DNA from: a virus | DNA: 64,000 nucleotides | Virus record (IMG/VR): IMGVR_UViG_3300035183_001487 | Location: 3,781 to 67,780 of that record | Strand: one strand, 5' to 3' | Part shown: positions 27,101 through 35,406 of the stretch, piece after piece | Position numbering within the stretch: position 1 is the first letter of the stretch | Layout: each line of letters opens with the position of its first letter | The notes under the pieces: generated by a model | What the model was told of the DNA's origin: nothing | Databases searched by the model: none | The model's input: the letters and a program-made list of their open reading frames with translations, nothing else | Made by a program: the position numbers and the translations under genes

Positions 27101-29440
27101 CTTGATGGCCAGCGCGACCTCCCGCTCGTAGACCTCCCCGGGGTCCACGGGCTTGACGAGGCGGGCCTGGCCCTCCGCGTTGAGGTGCAGCACGGCCTCC
27201 CCGGCCTCGTGGTCGATCCGGTAGTCCCCTTCCTGCAGGCCCATGGCCGCGGCGGTCTGGACGGCGCGCTCCGGCGTCATGGCGCCCAGCGGGACGGTCA
27301 TCACGTCCTGGTCCTTGCCCCGCATGGCAGCGATGAGGGCGGCCCGGGCCTCGAGGCGGCCCAGCGCCCCGCCGAGCGTCCGGCGCGCCTCCTTCAGGGC
27401 GGCCAGCTTGTTCTTCTGCATCTCCACGGCGGTCTGCAGGTCCCGGGGCGTGGCTGCGAGGTCCGCGGCGATGCTGTTGGCCTCCTGGCGCAGGGCGGCG
27501 GCCTGGTCCATGACGGCGGGCAGGCCCTCTTGGTCCTTCAGGTGGTGCTCCTCGAGGGCCTGGAGGATGGACGCCTGGTCCTCGGGCTCGAAGTTCGCCC
27601 GGAGGCCCCGGGCCAGGACCTGCGCCGCGGCCTCGGGGCCCAGGGCCTCGATCACGTCCCGGTCCATCATCCCCTGGCCGACGGAGGCCAGGGCCACCTC
27701 GTGCAGGGCGTCGTAGGCCGCGGCCCCGCGGACGGCGTGCAGCCCGTCCATGGCCTTGGGGTCGGAGTCCGGCGCCTCGCCCTCGGGGTAGGCTTCGCCG
27801 ACCTCACGCAGCAGGCCCTGGACGTGGCCCGACAGCATCTGCTCATAGATCCCCTGCTCGACCGTCCCGCTGACGTCGTCGTCCACCAGCATCTGGAAGC
27901 CGCCTTCGAAGGTCCGGGGCTTGCCGGTGCTGGCCTTGTAGGCCTCGCGCAGGGTGGCCCGGGCCTTCAGCAGGTCCGCCAGCCCCTGGTTCGCCTTCAG
28001 GGCCTCCTTGGCGGCCTCCCGCAGGGCCCCCGCCTTCTGCGCCGCCAGCTCCTTGGACGCGACGTGCGCCTTGACCGCGGCGTCGTGGGCCGGCTTCCCG
28101 GCGCGCTCCTTGATGTCCGCCACCGCGTCGACCAGCTTCTCCGCCGACAGCCCCGCGGCCTCCGCCCGCTTCGCCAGCTCCCGGCGGTACCCCGGGCCCG
28201 CCGGGTCCGTCTCGTGCACGAGTTCCTCCACGCCCACGGGCGTGATGCCCCCGCCGATCTGGGCGAGGCCCGCGCCGGCGCGCGCCTGGGCGTCCAGCAG
28301 GACCTTGCGCTCCGCCTCCTTCACGAGCTTGTGGGCCAGGGCGAGGCGCTTCCGGTGCTCCGCCTTGGGGTCGGCCTCCGCCTGGGCCCCCGCGCCGGGG
28401 CCCGCGGCCTCCTCGCCCTCGGGCTTGGCCTGGTCCAGCAGGGCGGGGTGGTCCTCCTGGATCCCGGCGTGCTGGAAGACGTCCCGGATGAAGGACTCCT
28501 CGTTCTTCTGCTTCGCCTCCCGGGCCTGGCCCTTGGCCTGCTTGTGCGCCTCCCGCTCCTCGGGCGTCATGGCCTGCAGCTTGGCCTTCTCGTCAGCCTT
28601 GCGCTGGGCGGCCCGCTCCCGGGCCTCGGCCTGGTACTGCCCGGGCTCCTTCAGCCCGTGGAGCCGGAGGCCGTTGAGCTTGCCGCCCGCCCCGCCGACC
28701 ACCCGGTAGACGCCCTTGGTGCCCTTCACCGGCTGGACCTTGATGGGGTGGCCCTCGCTGCCCGGCCCGCCGGGGTGGACGGTGATCCACCGGGATCCGT
28801 CGGCCTCCGCCTCGGCAAACCCGGCCTTGGCCGCGGGCCGGGTGATGGGCCCGTTCCCCAGCCAGTCCTTGAAGTCGTCCATCGTGCAGTAGGAGATGGC
28901 CCGGAAGCCCTTCCACCCGGGGCTGAAGGAGTCCAGGTACCCCTGGCGGGCCTCCTCCTCCGTGTGGAAGCCGAGCATCACCTTGTGCTCATCGAAGTCC
29001 CCGGTGGCGGGGTTCACCTGGTCCACGATCCAGACGTGCGGGCTCTCGGGATCGGGGCCGATGAAGACGTCCACGCCGTCCCCGTCGGCGCCCCAGGTGC
29101 CCTTGGCGAAGCCGTAGTGGTGGGCCATCTGGGCGGCCCAGGGCCGGCCCTTGGCGTCCTTGCCCCTCCGCCAGCTGCCCCGGGGGTTCTCGACGGCGAT
29201 CTGGATGCCCTGGACGACGACGTGGCCGCGGGGGTAGGCGTTGACGGATCCGTCCGGGTTGGGCCTGGCCGGGGGCTGGGCCTTGGCGGCCTGGGCGTCC
29301 AGGTCCGGGGTGGTGAGCGGCTTGATCTTGGCCGTCAGGTCGGGCGTCCAGCCCACCACGGTCCAGCCCAGGTCCTGGCCCTGCTCATCCAGGAAGGCCG
29401 GGGCCTCGGCGGGGGGAATGGTGGGGGCGGCGTAGGTCAT
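24134..29440 (-). CDS. Large polyvalent protein: inorganic-pyrophosphatase-like domain plus SNF2/SF2 helicase (DarB-like)
   Basis: IAVENPRGS...HYG...GADGDGVDVFIG...VDQ...FDEHKVMLGF; GPGSGKT, MVDEAH, ATGNP, SDAGATGLNLQ, QRTARIHRLGQ. Confidence 0.85.
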   Translation of the reverse strand: MTYAAPTIPPAEAPAFLDEQGQDLGWTVVGWTPDLTAKIKPLTTPDLDAQAAKAQPPARPNPDGSVNAYPRGHVVVQGIQIAVENPRGSWRRGKDAKGRPWAAQMAHHYGFAKGTWGADGDGVDVFIGPDPESPHVWIVDQVNPATGDFDEHKVMLGFHTEEEARQGYLDSFSPGWKGFRAISYCTMDDFKDWLGNGPITRPAAKAGFAEAEADGSRWITVHPGGPGSEGHPIKVQPVKGTKGVYRVVGGAGGKLNGLRLHGLKEPGQYQAEARERAAQRKADEKAKLQAMTPEEREAHKQAKGQAREAKQKNEESFIRDVFQHAGIQEDHPALLDQAKPEGEEAAGPGAGAQAEADPKAEHRKRLALAHKLVKEAERKVLLDAQARAGAGLAQIGGGITPVGVEELVHETDPAGPGYRRELAKRAEAAGLSAEKLVDAVADIKERAGKPAHDAAVKAHVASKELAAQKAGALREAAKEALKANQGLADLLKARATLREAYKASTGKPRTFEGGFQMLVDDDVSGTVEQGIYEQMLSGHVQGLLREVGEAYPEGEAPDSDPKAMDGLHAVRGAAAYDALHEVALASVGQGMMDRDVIEALGPEAAAQVLARGLRANFEPEDQASILQALEEHHLKDQEGLPAVMDQAAALRQEANSIAADLAATPRDLQTAVEMQKNKLAALKEARRTLGGALGRLEARAALIAAMRGKDQDVMTVPLGAMTPERAVQTAAAMGLQEGDYRIDHEAGEAVLHLNAEGQARLVKPVDPGEVYEREVALAIKGGQLDQEAWLPRGFANRMVLRQDSEISQPMELRRKLAITPGMPDTDILGSVREHVALRVADGERPTDILSDLFSATALDRVPPEHQPAFLQAVQDTFPLQEVVRDDKGEPVWERDQHGELLKDTKGNLVPKTRMRPADSLLPQFQAMAEDHLKALGLGPEAALHAQMADTDAPGFHEALHRTLAEDPRLAAAFIPPAELGHEHQAGLRDFFYREIAKKEPGGAKAAAEAHAEAMKAVGPEPPKFEEGGGLFGDEEPVESPIWQAWAARKAAAEEQLAAQASTPWADYVQSMGGLVQAQEAVQEVMRGRFAVAFSQHHGRAAGQAFRVGKVGMQHGEAFTKATGTPEEQEALRAQRAKELASVRTRTATGKYQAEEGGLLERAAKAREAKLAQAQAQAGLFGMEDFEEPAAEPQEGAPEGPKAASIPTPGAGERLTLGATLEAQIRQAMPGASQAFAGMKRGTKVADGLRMDGKYVNQQRAVKAITKLKRVGLFLGPGSGKTGIMLGALSEMHADGNLKKAILAVPSVVQAQFGAEAIRFLDPKTGIRVHAKPGESFEERMAAYRDPERHAVVVTHQTLRDDTLKILGDHVGKQGQELREWVSSAHTKDLAAAVKAAFTKAGVDFNALMVDEAHGGLDRLGKEDSTFSRILDAHSHNADHVVMATGNPLKNDVSEVWSDLNKLDPHRYPEDSRDEFMRRFGGDAALARRSLAQQLTRYWYNGRVEVGVDAHHMHDQVPLSPSQRQTVDDVELAAGKLRTGSAEERVSWAHVLAPEAFAGKPEEEHATIAEEVTRSVGTFREAALNRAINLDPAGGKMAEHVRIAKEAKAEGKPVVIFARNLDAVAAIHKNLEAAGLGVVSLTGKDSSKDKGLKAGKFQRGEADVIVLSDAGATGLNLQRGKVLIHHDIPTTAMIHQQRTARIHRLGQDQDVEVHTLMADHPWERTNRKRVETKAALGEIFESTEGYLDDTGLAGTLREIRARKNQAHAA

Positions 29441-29574
29441 GGGGTGGGCTCGGGGTGGACTTGCGCGGCGGCGGGTGGGGTGCCACATTGGGGGTTCAGT
29501 GCTCCCGCGGGGAAGGAAATATCCAGACGGAACCGCGCGTAGGCCCGCCCGAGGGTAACCCTTTGGCGGGCCAT
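29437..29574 (-). CDS. Small hypothetical protein
   Basis: TGATG and ATGA coupling at both ends. Confidence 0.35.
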   Translation of the reverse strand: MARQRVTLGRAYARFRLDISFPAGALNPQCGTPPAAAQVHPEPTP

Positions 29575-30206
29575 CACTTTTTCTCCGCGGTATTTGGGTT
29601 CTGAATCTGGATCTCCACAGGGGCGGCCTCTCGCGTCTCTTCGGGACGATTCCCGGCCATCTCGTACCCCGTGACCACCCAGGTTGGGACCTTGTCGGTG
29701 GGGAGGCCTTCCTCTTCCCAGAAAGGGGAAAGGGTCACCTGGTGCTTGCCGGACGTCGCCCAGATCTGGGGGCCCGTGTGCCGCTTGTTGTCCTTTATCG
29801 GCGGCTCCTTCCGTGGGTCCCCGTGGACCATGCATTCAGCGATCCCATCCAGAGCGGACTGCACGTCCTGGCCCTTCGCCACGCGCTCCCGGATGATGTG
29901 CTGCAGCCGGGCGAAGGTCAGGCCGATGGGGCCCAGGCGCATGTGCATGGTCGTGAGGTAGGGCGGCTTCCCACCGCCGGCCCGGAGGGCGGCGATGGCG
30001 GCCTTGGTCTTGGTCACGCGGGTGGCCTGGGTCTGGTCGAATTCCGAGGGCTCCACCCATCGCACATGGGCGCGCACCGGGTGCAGGCCTCCGCGGCCGT
30101 CATGGCTGAAATGGGCCGAGACGGTGATCGCCCGTTTGGCGTTCGGGTTGGCTTTGAGGACGGAGCGTGCGCCTCCGGGATCGCCCGGCGCGGAGGCGCT
30201 CAGGCT
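29574..30206 (-). CDS. -1 frame extension of the upstream gene; BECR-like nuclease domain candidate
   Basis: Frame open from the GGGAAAA slippery site with no start codon before 30077; contains LKA and His tag plus LGPIGL...LQHII...G pattern. Confidence 0.55.
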   Translation of the reverse strand, partial: SLSASAPGDPGGARSVLKANPNAKRAITVSAHFSHDGRGGLHPVRAHVRWVEPSEFDQTQATRVTKTKAAIAALRAGGGKPPYLTTMHMRLGPIGLTFARLQHIIRERVAKGQDVQSALDGIAECMVHGDPRKEPPIKDNKRHTGPQIWATSGKHQVTLSPFWEEEGLPTDKVPTWVVTGYEMAGNRPEETREAAPVEIQIQNPNTAEKK

Positions 30207-30212
30207 TTTCCC
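30169..30212 (-). other. Programmed -1 ribosomal frameshift signal
   Basis: G_GGA_AAA in frame, 6-nt spacer, perfect 9-bp stem GCGCCTCCG/CGGAGGCGC. Confidence 0.7.
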
Positions 30213-31363
30213 GATGATCCCTTGGCGACGCCGCGGCCAGCCCTCGCCTGGTGGTACTCCATGGCGGCCTTGTGCGCCTCGAACGCGCGCCCGTGGGGGG
30301 CGCCCTCGTCGTCCTCGTCGGCGTGGAGGTCCATGTGGTGTTCGGCGGCGGCCTTGTGCGCTTCCGCGGCCTTCGCGTGCGCGTCTGGGCTCCCGTCCTT
30401 CTTGGCGGCCTCGGCGGCTCGGTAGGCTTCGGTGCCGAGCCGGATACCTTCCTTGTCCTTGGTCATGTGGGATTCCTGCATCGCCCCCAGGCTCCGACGG
30501 TCGTCATCCTCCTGGTTCGCATGGTCCTTTGCGGCTGGCGCCTTCGCCGGGCTCTCCCCGCCGGCCGCCGCCGTCTCGTGCATCGTCCCGTAGGCCAGGG
30601 CGCCGTGGTGGTCCGCCATGGCGTGGTGCTCCTGGGCCAGGGCCTGGTGCTCGGGAGCCTCGTCCTTGCCGCTCACCTTGGCGGCCTCGGTGTGGATGCG
30701 CGCCGCATTCCGGTGCAGGCGCTCTGCGGCGATGTGGCTCTCCATGGAGTCGGAGAGGTGGGCCCGGTTGGTGGCGGAGTGGGCGGTGGTGGTGGCGTTG
30801 TGGGCGGTGCTGAAGGGGTGGCGGTTGTTCCGGCCCGCGGCGAGGCGCCCGGATCGGGTGGTCAGGCCCTCGCTCCGGCGGTTGGCCGTGTCGTAGTCCT
30901 GGACGTGGACCAGCTTCCCGTGGACGTTGCGCGTGTGGGCGGCGACGTGGGCCTTCATGATCGGCTCCCCGGAACCCTCCCCGGCTTCGTCCTCCTCCGG
31001 CGTGGGGGGCGGCGGGGGGCCGCCGGCGTCCATGCCGCCCTCGAGGTCCTCCTCGCCCTTCAGGATGGGCCGGGGCAGGGCCTCCTCCTCCTGCCCGCCC
31101 TGGGTCGCGTCGCTGAGGTCCTTGTCCATCTGGGGGATCATCAGCGCGTGGGCGTCCCCCGCCATGGGGCCCATGACGGCCTTCAGGATGCTGTGGACGT
31201 CCTGGCTGTCGCACCCTCCCTCCAGGGCCGCCTTGCAGGCCTCGCGGAGCGCCACGCCCTCCGGCATCGTCCCGAGGTCCTTGGTCCGGTTGAAGGGGCG
31301 GCTGCGCTCGCGGAAGGCGGCCGACGCGGCGGTGTTCACGGCGGTGAGCAGGGGCTTGGTCAT
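30200..31363 (-). CDS. His/Ala-rich probable internal head protein
   Basis: ILKA, ILKG, IMKAHVAAHTRNVHGKLVHVQDYD; AEAHKAAAEHH repeats. Confidence 0.7.
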   Translation of the reverse strand: MTKPLLTAVNTAASAAFRERSRPFNRTKDLGTMPEGVALREACKAALEGGCDSQDVHSILKAVMGPMAGDAHALMIPQMDKDLSDATQGGQEEEALPRPILKGEEDLEGGMDAGGPPPPPTPEEDEAGEGSGEPIMKAHVAAHTRNVHGKLVHVQDYDTANRRSEGLTTRSGRLAAGRNNRHPFSTAHNATTTAHSATNRAHLSDSMESHIAAERLHRNAARIHTEAAKVSGKDEAPEHQALAQEHHAMADHHGALAYGTMHETAAAGGESPAKAPAAKDHANQEDDDRRSLGAMQESHMTKDKEGIRLGTEAYRAAEAAKKDGSPDAHAKAAEAHKAAAEHHMDLHADEDDEGAPHGRAFEAHKAAMEYHQARAGRGVAKGSSGKA

Positions 31364-31366
31364 GGG

Positions 31367-33553
31367 TCAGCCTTTCTTCAGGTTGGCGGCGGCGTCGCTG
31401 TGCGCCTTGGCGCTTGCGGTGTGGGCCTCGTAGGCCTTGTTGTGGCTGCTGTACTGCCTCTTGTCGCCGTAGTGCATGGCGTGGAGGTGGGCGGCCGCGG
31501 CGCTGCCGTGGTAGGCCTGGGCCTTGTTGTGGGCCTCGGCCGTTCCTGCCTTCTCGGCGTCCTTCGTCGCCTTCGCCGCTTCGGCGGACTCCTTGTGGGT
31601 GTTCATCTCCCTGTTCCCGCTCCAGTAGGAGTGGGCCCCGACGGCGGTCGCGTGCTTCAGGGCCTCCGCGGCGTGCTGGGCGCCCGCTGACTGCTTCGGC
31701 GGATCGGCCTTGGGCGCCTCCGGCGGCTTGCCGTTCTTCTTCACCGCGTCGGTGTAGTGGGTCGGGCTTCCGGTGTCGGCGTGCTTGACCGCGCCGCCGA
31801 CGGCCTCGCCGGCGGGCTTCCCACTTTCCGGGAACAGGTCCGAGTGCTTCACCTTCCCTTTGAGGCCGCTGAGGCCCCGAGCCTTGAAGTGGAGATCCTC
31901 ACCATGGCGTTTGACGTCCCACTCGTGCCCCTGTTCGTCCTTGAAATAGGACGACTCGCCGTGCTTCAGGTCCTTCAGCTTCTGCTCGTGCTCGGGGTGG
32001 ATGATGGCGCTCCCCGACATCCCGTATTCGCCGTCCCGGTACTTTCCGAACCCGACCCGCTTCCGGTATTCATTGGCGTCGATGCCGGTGGGCTCGTATC
32101 CGGTTTCGTCGGGCCCGTCCTTCTCCTTGTCCATCGCCTCCTGGCGGGCCTTGCCCTGGCGTGCCAAGAAGGCGTCTTCCGTCTCGTCGTCCTGCTTTTC
32201 CAGGTGCGGAACGCGCTTGAAGTGGTCGTCTTCGGTCTCTCCGCGCCGGCGCTCAGACCACTCCTCCACTCCTCCCGACTTCGGCGGCTCCGCGTTCTTG
32301 TTCCCTGGGGCCTGGCTGGCGGGCTTGGCCCCAACCGGGCCGATCTGCGGCGTGACGGGCTTCTTCTCGATGTCCTTCTTGGGCTTGGCCCAGCCCGCGT
32401 CGGGCCCGTACTGCGTGTGCCCCAGTTGACCCTTCTTGTGCCCTTCGATGTACTCGAATTCGTGGAACGTCCCGCCGTGAAGGTCCTTCGTGTTCCCGGT
32501 GAACTTGATCTTGTCGCCCTTGAAGTAGTGGGCCTTCTCTGGTGCTTCTGTTGGCTTGTCGTTCTTCTGGCTTGGCGGGTTCCCCCCGGCTTGGGCAGCC
32601 TCCCGGTGCTCGATCTCCTTGGCGGTGTGGGCGGCCGCGGCGTTCTCGTGGAACTTGGCGGTGGCCTCGATCTCCTCGGGGTCGTACCCCTTGGTCGCGC
32701 GGACCTCCTTGGCGGCCTCGGTGTGGGCGGAGGCCGCGGCCCCGTGGTGGCCAGCCGCGCTCGTGTGCAATTCCTGGGTCCCGTTCTTCTCCGCCGACTT
32801 CGACTTCGTGTGCGCGATGTCGGACTTCGCCGCCGCCTTCTGGCCCCACTCCGTCTGGACGTGGGTTCCTGGCGGGTTCCCGCCTGCCGACGCGCTCCCG
32901 TGGTCCTTCTGGCCCTGGGCGCCTTCGACCTCCGCGTACTTCTTCTTCGCGTAGGTGGGCCAATCGTCGGTCTCGCCTTGGGCCTTGGCGTGCTCATACG
33001 CCTTGCCCTGATGGTACGAGGCTGCGGATCCGTGTTCTTTGGCCTTGTCCCCATATGCGGTCTTACCGGCAGCCTCTTCATGAGCGTGGGCGGCCTTCCA
33101 GTGAGCGGCCTCGGCGGCCTTGTGATCCCGGTTCTCTCTTGCGTGCTCGGCGGCCTTGGACAGCTCACCAGCCGACTCGGATTCCTTCTTCCCAGCCTGC
33201 TTCTTCAGCTCCTCGTGGATGGCGAGGGCCTGGCTCGGGTCCTGGACGTGGTAGTGGTCGTAGGCGCCCGTGCGCCCGTGGTGGGTGGCCCCGGCCCTGC
33301 GGCGCTCGACCGGGATGCCCAGCTTCTGGGCCGCGGCCTTGATGTGCTCGCCGTCCTCGGCGTCGGTGGCGCGGAGGTAGTGCGTCCCGCCCTTGTGCTT
33401 GCCGATGGCCGTGCGCTCGTGGAGGGTGGCCGCCCGGCCCTGGGGCCTGGAGTCGTCATGGTCGGCGACGTGGACCACCTTCCCGTTCACCACGCGGTAG
33501 TGCGACTTCACGTGGGCCTTGAGGATTTCGCGCGGCTGGATGGCGGTGGTCAT
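31367..33553 (-). CDS. His/Ala/Lys-rich probable internal head protein
   Basis: GAGG RBS; ILKAHVKSHYRVVNGKVVHV; N-terminal domain paralogous to 54485-56284. Confidence 0.75.
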   Translation of the reverse strand: MTTAIQPREILKAHVKSHYRVVNGKVVHVADHDDSRPQGRAATLHERTAIGKHKGGTHYLRATDAEDGEHIKAAAQKLGIPVERRRAGATHHGRTGAYDHYHVQDPSQALAIHEELKKQAGKKESESAGELSKAAEHARENRDHKAAEAAHWKAAHAHEEAAGKTAYGDKAKEHGSAASYHQGKAYEHAKAQGETDDWPTYAKKKYAEVEGAQGQKDHGSASAGGNPPGTHVQTEWGQKAAAKSDIAHTKSKSAEKNGTQELHTSAAGHHGAAASAHTEAAKEVRATKGYDPEEIEATAKFHENAAAAHTAKEIEHREAAQAGGNPPSQKNDKPTEAPEKAHYFKGDKIKFTGNTKDLHGGTFHEFEYIEGHKKGQLGHTQYGPDAGWAKPKKDIEKKPVTPQIGPVGAKPASQAPGNKNAEPPKSGGVEEWSERRRGETEDDHFKRVPHLEKQDDETEDAFLARQGKARQEAMDKEKDGPDETGYEPTGIDANEYRKRVGFGKYRDGEYGMSGSAIIHPEHEQKLKDLKHGESSYFKDEQGHEWDVKRHGEDLHFKARGLSGLKGKVKHSDLFPESGKPAGEAVGGAVKHADTGSPTHYTDAVKKNGKPPEAPKADPPKQSAGAQHAAEALKHATAVGAHSYWSGNREMNTHKESAEAAKATKDAEKAGTAEAHNKAQAYHGSAAAAHLHAMHYGDKRQYSSHNKAYEAHTASAKAHSDAAANLKKG

Positions 33554-33619
33554 GGTCCTCGTCTCCCGGGCTCGCCCCAAGGGTGCCCCGCGCGGCGCTA
33601 GGCCCCGTCGAAGCCACGG

Positions 33620-33644
33620 CACTATCCCAGGGGGGTTGCCAGCC
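33620..33644 (-). promoter_or_regulatory. Putative late promoter motif
   Basis: GGCTGGCAACCCCCCTGGGATAGTG; four intergenic copies, each pointing into a gene. Confidence 0.65.
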
Positions 33645-33678
33645 AGCAACCGCCGCCCGGCGCTGGCCCGGCGACGGT

Positions 33679-34533
33679 ATGCGCATGCTCGCGGCCCTGG
33701 GCAATCTCGCCGCCATCCTCGCAAACAGCGAGGCGCTTCCCGTCCGCCTGCCCTTCGACCGTCCGGCCCTGAAGGCCTACCCCTCGATGGAGCAGGGCCA
33801 GCGGATCCTCTACATGGAGGCGTCCAACGAGATCCGGGACCTGCAGGGCGAGAAGATCTTGCTCGGCGCCCTCGAGGAGTCCATCCCGTACTTCCTGAAG
33901 TACGGCCGCATCGACTTGGACCACGCCTCCGTCGCCAAGGAGATCCGGGGCCAGCGGGTGAACCCCTACGCCTTCGAGATCGGCCGCCCGCTGGACGCCA
34001 AGGTCGCCGAGGGCTCCGTCTGGGTGAAGGCCGCCATCTTCTCCTCCAGCGACCGCTCGGGGGCGCAGAACCGCTTCACCGAGGCCGCTGACCTCTTCTG
34101 GGACAGCCTGCACACCCAGCCCCCGGTCATCTGGTACCCCTCCGTGGCCGGCGACGTCTACGACGACTACCAGACCGTCGAGGACGGGAAGCCGACGGTG
34201 GCGGTGCGGAAGATGCGCTGGCACTCCATCGGCCTCTCGCGCACCCCGGTCAACCACGGTGTGCAGCCCGTCAGCACCATGCCCCTCCGCGAGTTCGCCA
34301 AGGCCTTCAGCAGCCTCGGGGACCTCAAGGACGCCCTGCGCGCCCTGAGCCCTGACGCCTACGCCGTGGACGGCCCCATCAACCCGAAGGACCCGGACAT
34401 CGCCGCGATGCTCCAGGTCATTTCCGACACGCCGTCGGACGCAGGCATCGACTTCCTGCTCGGCCTCGCGGCCCAGCGGGGCATCCCGCCCACCCACGCC
34501 CTCGCCACCGTGCTGGCCCTTCTCTCCGCATAG
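33679..34533 (+). CDS. Prohead protease
   Basis: EASNEIRDLQGEKI...IDLDH...IGRP...VWVKA...PSVAG...LSRTPVN; precedes scaffold and capsid. Confidence 0.8.
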   Translation: MRMLAALGNLAAILANSEALPVRLPFDRPALKAYPSMEQGQRILYMEASNEIRDLQGEKILLGALEESIPYFLKYGRIDLDHASVAKEIRGQRVNPYAFEIGRPLDAKVAEGSVWVKAAIFSSSDRSGAQNRFTEAADLFWDSLHTQPPVIWYPSVAGDVYDDYQTVEDGKPTVAVRKMRWHSIGLSRTPVNHGVQPVSTMPLREFAKAFSSLGDLKDALRALSPDAYAVDGPINPKDPDIAAMLQVISDTPSDAGIDFLLGLAAQRGIPPTHALATVLALLSA

Positions 34534-34542
34534 GAGCCCTCT

Positions 34543-35349
34543 ATGTCCGCCTCTCCTGCTGCCCAGCCCAACATCCTTGACCGCCTGAAGGCCCGCACCC
34601 GCGAAGTCCTCAAGGCTCTTGGCGAGACCGCCAAGAAGGAGGAGGGCGACGAGACCAAGACCATCCCCGTCCCGCCGGATGCTCCGAGCGGCATGGAGAC
34701 CGACCCCCGCGTGGGCGACGCCTCCCCGACCGAGGGCGATCTCTCGGAAGCCGCGGAGGGCGCTGCGGGTGCCGACGACGGCGCTGCGGGTGCCGATGGT
34801 GCCGAGGGCCTGCCCCCCGAGGGTGCGGGCGATGGCGACGGCGACGAGGCCCCGGGCGCCCCGGGTGGCGACAAGGACGGCGACGAGTTCGACGCCCACG
34901 GGAACCACGACTTCTCCGAGGAGGAGAAGCGCGCGATGCAGAAGGCCTACGGGAACGAGACCGGCCAGGCCGAGCCCAAGGAACTGCTCGACGGCGGCGT
35001 GGACGTAGTGGAGCTGATGCACCGCCTCCTCGAGGCCCTCGAGGACATGAGCGTCCGCGTCGGAGCCTCCATCGATGAGATCCGCGCCGACGTGAACAAG
35101 CTGAAGGCCGGCGGCACCGTCACCGACCGCAAGCTCTCCAAGGCGCTGCAGGAGATCGAGCGGCTGGGCCAGCCCAAGCCCAAGGCCATCACCAAGAGCT
35201 ACGGCGGACCTGGCGGCGCGGAAATCCCCGCGCCCCCGGCCCTGCCGGACAGCTCCGACCTGTACCTGCAGATGAAGTACGGCAAGACCACCCCGCAGGA
35301 AGCCCTGCGGACCGTCCGGATGACGAAGGGCCAGGGCCTCGATGCCTAG
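34543..35349 (+). CDS. Probable capsid scaffold protein
   Basis: Acidic low-complexity plus coiled-coil; between protease and capsid; several xKA/KS sites. Confidence 0.65.
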   Translation: MSASPAAQPNILDRLKARTREVLKALGETAKKEEGDETKTIPVPPDAPSGMETDPRVGDASPTEGDLSEAAEGAAGADDGAAGADGAEGLPPEGAGDGDGDEAPGAPGGDKDGDEFDAHGNHDFSEEEKRAMQKAYGNETGQAEPKELLDGGVDVVELMHRLLEALEDMSVRVGASIDEIRADVNKLKAGGTVTDRKLSKALQEIERLGQPKPKAITKSYGGPGGAEIPAPPALPDSSDLYLQMKYGKTTPQEALRTVRMTKGQGLDA

Positions 35350-35406
35350 GCCGACCAACCATTCCACCCCACCGGCCAGCACCGGCCGTTCCTAGAGGAG
35401 GCGTCA

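Noticed and set aside
23540-29542. 2000-aa plus-strand ORF, and other long ORFs such as 816-2918(-), 44041-47712(+), 56311-59583(-)
   Set aside because: Antisense shadows of real GC3-biased genes; no motifs or RBS
29572-29586. Second -1 frameshift at GAG AAA AAG TGA
   Set aside because: Imperfect heptamer; TGATG coupling explains the overlap more simply
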